The notes beneath the pieces are model-generated. The model was not told where the DNA came from. It saw only the letters and a program-made list of their open reading frames with translations, and made no database searches. A stretch of DNA of 64,000 nt from contig NC_042998.1 of assembly GCF_006345805.1 (NCBI RefSeq), positions 2,790,001 through 2,854,000 on the forward strand, in the 5' to 3' direction. Both the position numbers and the translations under genes were made by a program. Below, piece after piece: positions 54,471 through 64,000 of this stretch (its first letter is position 1; every line of letters begins with the position of its first letter). This stretch comes from Octopus sinensis. Lineage: Eukaryota.

Positions 54471-55433
54471 GAGTATGTGTTTGTGTGTGCATGCAAATGA
54501 AATTTTGAATGAAGAAACAAAAAGCAAACTGATGAAACTGGGAATACAACATGAATGAATGAATATGTTTAGTCCATTCTGTCCAGAATGGACTAAGCAG
54601 AGCAGGTGGATACACAATGACGGAAAGTGTCACTGAAGAGGTCACAGATGGGTGATGAAAGATTTCCAGGCAATAGACATGAGTTAAAATAGGAACAGTA
54701 ATAAACGAGTGAAGAATGAATGAATATATAGTGTGTGTGTTTATTTGAGGAAAAAAAATGACCATCCCAAAATATAACAATATAGATATGTATACACACA
54801 CACATACATATGCATACATACAAGGGAGGTGCTGAAAAGTTTCTGGGTTTGGGTAAAAGAAAATACTGGAGGATTAATTAATTATGATTTTATTCAACAT
54901 ATTCCCCTTCTCAGATTCACACACTTATTGCAGTTTTTCTAAGCCCTGTAAAAGAACTCAGAAGGTTGGACCTCCAGCCAGGCATTTTGGGACACTCTTA
55001 AAGCCAAGGACTTTTCCACACACCTCGTGTGTGTGCATGCATCCGTGTGTATATACACATACACATATATACACATAAATATTAATATATATATATATAT
55101 ATATGAAGTAACATAAATATTAATATATATATATATGAAGTAACAGATTGACTCAGGGGCTGAGAGTTTCAAGCATTGGCACTTACCAAACAAGTGCCAA
55201 CACACAAAACTCTCAGACCTTGAGTCACTCTGTCACTTCTGATAAATATTAATAAAAAAAAAATACATATACTCATATTTTGAGTTCTACTTTTCCTGTT
55301 TGCATCACCATACCTATATTACATATATATATATATATATGCATGTATATATATGTGTGTGTATGTGTGTATATATATATATATATATATTTGTTGTGCA
55401 AGATTTTTTATGTGAAGTCGTGTGTTGAAACAG

Positions 55434-55599
55434 ATATTGTTGTATTTCGGAATGGTCATTTTGCCAGTTTAGCCAATAAAAACACATTAAGATTAATGTA
55501 AAAAATAAATAACACTGAAGCAAAGTAACACCAAATATACAGTGCGTGTGTTTTTATTGGCTAAACTGGCAAAATGACCATTCCGAAATACAACAATAT
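55434..55599. repeat. Perfect 52-bp inverted repeat with 62-bp spacer
   Basis: 55434-55485 is the exact reverse complement of 55548-55599. Related sequence occurs at ~45550-45600, ~54560-54790 and ~640-850. Confidence 0.9.
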
Positions 55600-55605
55600 A
55601 CATAC

Positions 55606-55697
<92 letters not shown>

Positions 55698-55895
55698 ATG
55701 TATATATGTATATATAGAAGAGACAGAGACAGAGTGCGAATGAAAGTATATTTCACCAGAAATCTGGTATTGGATATAAGCAGGATCAATAAACACGTAA
55801 AGAAGAAACAAAAATAAGCTAAGGAAAAATTATTAAAAATACTAAGCAGAAAAAAAACAAACTCCATATACAATTTTGAACTAAACTAGGCTCAC

Positions 55896-55908
55896 ATGGA
55901 GCTTCCAC
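55896..55908 (-). CDS. Candidate 13-nt microexon (gtggaagctccat)
   Basis: Very strong acceptor cttatttccttctcttcttctcttcttag| and donor CAT|gtgagc. Confidence 0.25.
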
Positions 55909-56201
55909 CTAAGAAGAGAAGAAGAGAAGGAAATAAGTTCTTAACACATTATTAAGCTTCTTACAACACAAGCGATTGATGTAATGCACAACGTGTACAT
56001 ATGTTCCTCTTTAAAGAGATAATCCTTCTACAACAAGCTAAAATAAATGTCATTAGTTGCTTAAATGAATGTGTTCGATAATATGAATTGTGATGATGAC
56101 GGACTAACGAGGTAAATATAGTAAAAACAAATCAGTAACGTCTATAGTGTTGTTTGAAAGGATTATTTGCTACTTGTTGGTTCGGTCAAGCTTGGTTTGA
56201 A

Positions 56202-56572
56202 TCTCTTTTACTTGTTTCAGTCATTTGACTGCGGCCATGCTGGAGCACCGCCTTTAGTCGAGCAAACCAACCCCGGGACTTATTCTTTGTAAGCCCAGTA
56301 CTTATTCTATCGGTCTCTTTTGCCGAACCGTTAAGTGATGGAGAAGTAAACACACCAGCATCGGTTGTCAAGCAATGCTCGGGGGACAAACACAGACATA
56401 CAAACACACACACATATACATACATACGACAGGCTTCTTTCAGTTTCCGTCTACCAAATCCACTCACAAGGCATTGGTCAACCCGGGGCTATAGCAAGAT
56501 GCCACGCAGTGGGACTGAACCCGGAACCATGTGGTTGGTTAGCAAGCTACTTACCACACAGCCACTCCTGCG
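56202..56572 (-). mobile_element. CORE-type SINE copy with small internal deletion
   Basis: Same family sequence. Confidence 0.8.
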
Positions 56573-57298
56573 AATGTTTATAAACTTTGTAGAGATTGAA
56601 TATATTATGAAAAGAAAAATGTTTATAATACAGGAAATAATCAAAAACATATTCTTATGCTAGAATATTTTCTATCTAAAATAAAACTATTTCTTGTTTT
56701 TAATGGAAAGGAATTAAAAATTTCTGCTACTGCATTTTTAATGTTTAAGCCCAGATCAGCAACATTCATTGAAAGGACACCAATAACCAAGGGCATTCTA
56801 CTTGTTACAGACTACATTATTTCTTAAAAAATAAAGTGTGTTTTCAAAGATTTTACTACTATTTCTAGCAGGTCAAGCAACCATGTAGATGAACACTTTG
56901 TCATTTTTTACATGGTGGCTTGCAGAATAATACAAAATGTGCCATATATATATATTTGATTAATATAAAATGATTTGGGTTAAAAAAAAAAAAAAACTAT
57001 GCCTGATATTAATCATGGTAAAGACTGTCTTAGAAAATCCACTATCCTGTTTTTTAATCAGAACTGAAGTTTGTAAAACCAATATACTTTTCTAAGATTG
57101 AAAACTGCAGCTGATTTTAAGAGACAAATATAAAAACAGTTCACACAAACATACATGGAAAATAAAACACAATTTCACAAAAAAAAGAAGAAAAAATTAT
57201 TAGAGTATGACTATGGTAAAATGTGTGTATAAAAACAAACATACATACATACATACATAGATACACACACACACACACACATATACATACACACTTAC

Positions 57299-57347
57299 CT
57301 AAAGGAACCATGTAAGCCAAGATATATGCAAAATGTATTTTCCACAA
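57299..57347 (-). CDS. Candidate 49-nt exon LWKIHFAYILAYMVPL(g)
   Basis: Donor TAG|gtaagt (consensus) and acceptor ggtattttaaaatag|. Frame is open. Confidence 0.3.
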
Positions 57348-58037
57348 CTATTTTAAAATACCATCAGACTGTTTTCAGTCTTACAAAATGGATAAATCAA
57401 TACATGTAATCATCAGCGTGCGTCTGTGTGTCTGTGTGTAAGGTGTGTTTATGCGTGCAAAGTATGTCACAATGCCAGCATTTTCTTTCTTTTTTGTTTT
57501 GTTTTGTTTTTTTGGTGGTGGTGGTGTGGTGGTGGTGGTGAGAATTTATTACAAGATGTATATAAAATTCAGGTGAATTTCGATATGATGCAGCGAAGTA
57601 GTTGGTAATGATGTATAGATGCAATCAAGTACATTTCCAAGACTACAAAAGGAAGCGGTGGCGGCAGCTGTACTACAGCTGATTTACAAGAATAAATGTT
57701 CTTCATACCAAAGTTTAGAATATTACATTAAAACGAAGACCATAGGAAAGGAAAAGGAAAAAAAGAAAAGCAATGAAAAGCTAGAAGCAAATAAAAACTG
57801 GACAGTTATCAATCAGTATGAAAGCAAATCCAATTGATTAGGTTTCTTGTCCATTTGTGTCAGAAGTGCCACAGCTGACAACAGAAAGAAATGGACGATC
57901 GGAAGATATATTCTATGAAAACACACACACACACACACTATATTGAGATTGAAATTAGACCACAGAGATTTTTGAAAGACTACGAGATAGAGAATGTGAG
58001 AGTGAAAAAGAAGGTGGAACTAAAAGAGAAAGTAAGT

Positions 58038-58106
58038 GTGGTGGTGGTGGTGGTGGTGGTGGTGGTGGTGGTGGTGGTGGTGGTGGTGGTGGTGGTGGTG
58101 GTGGTG
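58038..58106. repeat. (GGT)n trinucleotide array; degenerate GGT/GGC tract at 59310-59520; (ACT)n at ~8867-8900, 27670-27703 and 51705-51743; (ATT)n at ~40280-40350
   Basis: Direct inspection. Confidence 0.95.
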
Positions 58107-58230
58107 TATGGGGATTAATTTTCCTGTGTGTGTGTGTGTGTGTGTGTACATACATATATATATAATTTATTATTATTTAAAATAGTTCGATTTGAGCCCG
58201 ATGCAACTCAAAGTTTCATAGGCTACTTAC

Positions 58231-58286
58231 AGAAACCTTAACTCATTGGGCTCAGGTAGCTGAACCTGTCTACCTTGTGTCGACAT
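58231..58286 (-). CDS. Candidate first coding exon MSTQGRQVQLPEPNELRF
   Basis: ATG directly after a long TG/TA array, open frame, donor TCT|gtaagt. The upstream 58.7-59.6 kb region is GC-richer and low-complexity, resembling a 5' gene end. Confidence 0.3.
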
Positions 58287-58525
58287 CTCACACACACACA
58301 TACATACATATATCCACACACACACATATATATATATCCACACACACACATATATATACACATATATATATATATACACACACACACATATATACACACA
58401 CACACATATATACACACACACATACATATATATATACACACACACACACACATATATACACACACACATACATATATATACACACACACACACACATATA
58501 TATATACACACACACATACACACAC

Positions 58526-58572
<47 letters not shown>

Positions 58573-58615
58573 CACACACACACACATATATATATATACA
58601 CACACACATACACAC

Positions 58616-58662
<47 letters not shown>

Positions 58663-61637
58663 CACACACACACACATATATATATATACACACACACATA
58701 GATATACAAAAAAAAAAAGAAAATAGAACATGTGAATGACAGAGAGTTGAGAAAGCAAGAAAAGTAAAAAAAAGCGGACAAGAGTGCAGAAGAGAGAGCA
58801 ATACATTGTTAGAAAGAGAGAGAGAAGAGGATCTTTTAGTGAAGAGAAAATAGAAAGAAGAGTAAAAGCAAAGGAAGGAAGGAAGAAAGGAAGGAAGGAA
58901 GGTGTAGTGGAAATTTAAAAAGAAGACATTTTTTGAAGGTGACTGTTGAATTGCATTAGTTGTTCAGATTTTACTTAATGAAGCTCAGACAAGAGAGAGA
59001 GAGGGAGAGAGAGAGAGAGAGAGAGAGTAGGAAAAGAAGAGATCTAGTGAAGCGCTAAGAGTTTAAAAGGAGGCGATTCATGGGTGCAGAAGGAGAGGGT
59101 GGGAAAGAAGGAGGAAAACGCAAATCAATATGGATAAGACAGAGAGGGGAGAGGAGGGGTTGGGGGGGGAGCTGAGCGAAAACTACTAATAAACTGCATC
59201 AGTTTATTAATAACAATAAACTATGCAAGGAAATACTGCTTTTTTTCTTCTAAGTGGTCCTAATTAGCAAAGCAAGCATTGATTTTTAAATATTTATTTC
59301 CTGTTTGTTTGGTGGTGGTGGCTGCGGTAATGAATGCAGCGGCGGTGGTGGTAGTGGCGGTGGTGTGCAGTGGTGGTGGTGATGATGATGCGGCGGTGGT
59401 GGCAGCGGCAGCGGCGATTGTGGTGGTGGTGGTGGTGATTGTGGAAGAAGTATTAATGGTGGTGGCGGCAGCAGAAGTGTTAGTGGTAGCAGCGATGGCG
59501 GCGACTATTACTACAACTCCATCATTTCATGGCCTTTGGCTAAGATCAAAGTGTACTATTACACCAGCCAGCATCATTATCATGCCATCACGAACTGTAA
59601 TTATTATTGTAATGCCTGTTATTCAGATATCTCGGGGCTAAACAGCTGATGCTCCGATCACAATAACCCACTTGGAAATTTCAATAAAAAAAGTCAGTTA
59701 ACCTCAGAATCTTTAATTGCTCTGTTATTAATAATAAACCTAACCTTGTGCCAGAGTTGATGTACAACAATAACAACAACCAGAGATAAGCAATGAAGAT
59801 TTATAGAACGATATTGGATAAGTAGTGTTGGAGAGATCCCAGTAGATTAAACATACATACACATGCACACACATACACATATATACACACAGAGGTTTGT
59901 TTTGTCATTTTACATTCATTTATTTTCAATATGATGATTAAGTTATTTTTCCTAACCAGTTGCTCTTAATAAGTTTTGATGCAACCAATTTAACACCCAG
60001 GGACATCACTGTTTTGTAAATAGGATATACATCAGACAGGTTCAGGACCATGATGTGCATTTCATGTGGCCATCCAGTGTGTTTATTAGCCTCCGCCTTA
60101 GCAAAGGTGGAGGTATTGTTTTCAGTCATGTTTGTTTGTTTGTCCGTAGACAAGATATCTCAAGAACTGCTCAATGGATTCAGATGAAACTCTCAGTGAA
60201 GATATTGTTATAAATGCAAGCAATAAGGATACTTGTTTCTAAAATAGGCACAAGCCAGAAATTTAATAAGGAGCTAAGCTGATTAAATTGATCCCTGTAC
60301 TTGACAGGTATTATATTTTATCACCACAGAGGGACAAAAGTTGATTTTGGTAATATTTAAACTTGAACTCAGAACCTAAACGAAGGCATTTTGTCTGCCA
60401 CACTAATGATTCTACCAATAATAATAAGATCCCTTTTTATATTTAACTTGTTTCAGCCATAGGATTTAGTCCAACAGACTAATCCCAGAATTTCTTTTAC
60501 TTTTTTCAAGTCTGGTACTTATTATATCGGTCTCTTTTGTCAAACTATTAAAATTACTGGGGACATCAACAAGCCAAGACTGCTTGTCAAACAGTGGAAG
60601 GATACAACATACACACACACAGAGAGGCAAACACACACACACGCACACACAATGGGCTTCCGCACCATTTTCATTTACCAAATCCACTCACAAGGCATTG
60701 GTCAGCCTGAGGCTATGGTAAACAACACTCGTGTCCAAGAAGCCTCAGAGTGGGGTTGAACCCAAAATCACATGGTTGCAAAGCAAGCTACTTAACCACA
60801 CAGCCATTCAGTGCCTTGGAAATTCATTACAAAAATAGTACACACAAATACATGACCAAAATCCTAAGATTTATGTACACAACATACAGAAAACAGTGCT
60901 TCTAGGCACTGCACATATACTATCTAAAGTACTTTTCAATATAATCAAAATAAAAAAAAAACACATGTAGCAATGTAGCAACACATGTAGCAATGCTTAG
61001 CTGTGTCATGAATGCACAAAATATTAAAAGCCAGCAGTAAAATCAATGTTGGTGTTGTTATATCATAAGGACATTAAGCAGAAAAAGATAACATCTGGCA
61101 GGCAGACAAATTATTGATTCCCTAAAATTAAATTTAATTATTGATTTTTCACAAAGGGAAAAAAAAAAACTGTTCATCAAAAGTAAAGAGGAAAATGTTT
61201 ATGAAATGAGCTGTAACAGAGTGAAGTATATTCTGAGTTGATCACAAGTTATATTTAATTGAAATTAGCATGATGATATCATAGAAATATAATGGAACCT
61301 TGGTGTACTCTGAAGCAAGTTGCTGCTTTGAAGGAGGCATAACTTTGTATACATTAGGATGACATACTTTAAAAGCACATACAATACCTACTTCACACTT
61401 GAATTGCCATTCCTAACAAGAGAAGTGTAAATAATCAGCCACAACACACAGAGTCAACAAGTGCAATAATTTCTGCAGTCAGTTCAACTCAACAAAACAA
61501 GCTGTTCTGTAGTATTCTTTCCATTATTCTATTGTCTTCAAATGGTGTATTCCAAAGCTAGCTCCTGTTCTCACCAATCTCTTCAACACACACACACACA
61601 CACAATACAAACATACAATTACAGCATACAAGATGCA

Positions 61638-61853
61638 TATTAGCCATTCAAAAACACACAAAGACTTGACTTCACTTAAACATTTATTTATTATTTGATG
61701 TCTAAATTTTCATCATACCAACTGTGACTTGGTCACAGATGGTTTTTCACTAACTGAACCATGTCACAGGTTGCAGTTAGTGCAAGGAAACTTTTGACAG
61801 CAAAGAATAAGTGTTTAAGCTAACAGTCTCACTGTGTTTTTGAATGGCTAATA
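61638..61853. mobile_element. Small MITE-like element with perfect 21-bp inverted termini
   Basis: tattagccattcaaaaacaca ... tgtgtttttgaatggctaata; the outermost TA may be the target-site duplication. Confidence 0.6.
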
Positions 61854-62802
61854 AGGACTTTAAAAACGACTTTGAAGGACCAAAGGTTCCTTGTAAAATG
61901 CATCAGAATTTGGAAAGACAATCATGATGTTTCAAGGTTTACACAAGTATATACGATGCTGACTTTTATGCCAAAAAATATGGTAATAAAGAAAAGTGTA
62001 CTCTTCTTTTGAATTGAAGTCACTTATTGAATTTATCTCTGCTGGAATGCTTTAAAGCCATGAGAATTGAGGATCAAGAATCTTAATTAAGATGATCAGG
62101 TCAATCAAGAATTTTAATATTGGTTACTTACATTGGCACCATGCCACAAATTTACACAAATTAAACCCTTTAGCATTCAGAATACTCTATCAGAAGTAAT
62201 AGTTATATATTCACATATTTTTAATTAGTCATGTAGTATCTCATAGCTTCAAGATTTCAATAACGTGATTGTTTTATTTTTAGAATTGTATTGTAGGATA
62301 GGTGTGAAAGGCCAGGTCTGGCTGGTTTGAACATAAAGCAGATATAGCCAGTTTGAATTCTAAGGTGTTAAATTCAACCAACATTCCTAGTATTTTTTTT
62401 TTAATTATTAATTTCAAAGAGAAAGGAAATGTAATGGAACTTGATGTAACACAAGGTGTACTGTTCTGATTCTGTCATTCCCTACTCTCAATCTAGAATA
62501 TATTTAAAAAAAGAGAAAAAACAAAGAGCTGAAGAGGAATAAATATATCATAAGAGCTAATTCAAATATAATTTGTGATATGAAATTCCAGCACAGAATA
62601 TGATCTTTCATTGATTGGCTGACATCATTTACTTCTATGACAGTTAAAATCAAGTTAAAAACCATCTCAGAGATCTTTTAATGAATGTGATGATTTTGGA
62701 TTGTGACAGAAACTATAAATACAAATTTCAGAATCTGAAATATATTCCAACAAAAAAAATTACTAGAAATAAAATTTTAACCTAAGAAACTTGCAGAGAT
62801 CA

Positions 62803-62852
<50 letters not shown>

Positions 62853-63219
62853 GAAAGAGAGAGAGAAGGAATGCTTACAGACATGCACAGATTGAGAAAA
62901 AAAGGGGGAAAAATTGTGTATAATATTGTATGCATCACACAAAGGAAGGGTTCCAGATTCAACAGAAAGGTTAAATCTCTTTAGAACAAACATATGCACA
63001 TTCAAAAGAATAGATATCTATCATTATTATACACACACAAACATGCAAGTATTTAAATATATATAATGTTCACTTATACAGATTCAAATATATTACACAC
63101 ACTGGCATCACATGCCACACATGTATGTATGTTTATACATTTAGATAACATACACACACACATATATGCATGTACATGAATACAAGTCAGTATAAATGAA
63201 AATCTTTGCACATATACAT

Positions 63220-63269
<50 letters not shown>

Positions 63270-64000
63270 CAACAGGTGTGTATGTGGGAGCACTTGTATA
63301 TCAGAAGCTATGCAAATGAGATGAATGGCAGATAAGGTAGGAGAAATCTAGAAGAAAAAGAAAGAGATTAAAGAAAGTGGAATTTATATGAGAGGGGAGA
63401 GAGAGAGAGAGAGAGAGAGATAAAGAATGTGTGCACACGCTCATACATGTACACATACATGCATGGTCACGTGCACATGTATGCATATGTATATGTGCAT
63501 GAAAGGAACAAATATAAACAACTTAATAAACAGTCAGAAAATAATTAAGAGAGAGCAGCAAAATGGAGAGGAAGAGGATAGGGAGGGAGGGAGAGTGAGA
63601 GAGACAAAATATTGGCAAATGACAGAGAGAAAGAAGAGAAAGAAGGAAAATACAGAGACAACGAAAACTGTCATGAAACAGGAAAACGTGAAATCTTAAG
63701 TTATAAAAGGAAAGATAAAAAAAAAAAAAAACATAAATTAATGTAAAAGAGAAAGAAATGATATGGAACTGGTTTTTAAAAATCTAGGATTTCTTTTAAA
63801 AGTATTGATTCCTTATATAAAAGCACAAGCTCTTAGATTTGTAAGAGGAGGGAAATGAGTTTTTATATTTGTGCCTTTCTTAAGATCCTTTCTGATATAA
63901 GTGAAATGAAACCTCAACCTTTATCAAGAATCATCAACTCTAAATTTGGCCTATTTTAAGTTTTTTTCTATAGCAAAATATCCCAAATTTATCTTTGTCA

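Noticed and set aside
55405-55440. atgtgaagtcgtgtgttgaaac resembling a hammerhead core next to the palindrome
   Set aside because: CUGAUGA is not present and the stems rely on wobble pairs only.
59279-59641. 120-aa Val/Ala-rich ORF, and a Thr/Ala-rich frame on the minus strand
   Set aside because: Degenerate GGT/GGC trinucleotide tract. The minus frame lacks a start codon and there are no supporting splice sites.

Overview
AT-rich eukaryotic DNA dominated by repeats and microsatellites. The repeat repertoire (CORE-type tRNA SINEs, RTE LINE 3' ends with (GAT)n tails, mariner/piggyBac MITEs, dense TA/CA arrays) points to an octopus genome; this is inference, not a database result. No long genuine ORF is present, and almost all ORF-track entries are microsatellite or SINE artefacts. 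By eye, about 15 small candidate exons with strong GT-AG sites lie on the minus strand from ~58.3 kb down to ~0.1 kb. Most can be chained in compatible phase, suggesting one large, unidentified gene spanning the window. I could not name its product, and phase-matched microexons can arise by chance, so confidence is modest. Clearly supported elements are a complete non-autonomous Helitron, RTE and R4/Dong-like LINE fragments, several MITE families, three tRNA-derived SINE families and a probable solo LTR. The most unusual items are (1) a head-to-head pair of degenerate type-I hammerhead ribozymes of the Penelope/retrozyme kind at ~24.4 kb, (2) a perfect 52-bp inverted repeat at ~55.5 kb, and (3) a candidate exon carrying two in-frame TGA codons in an otherwise phase-consistent chain.
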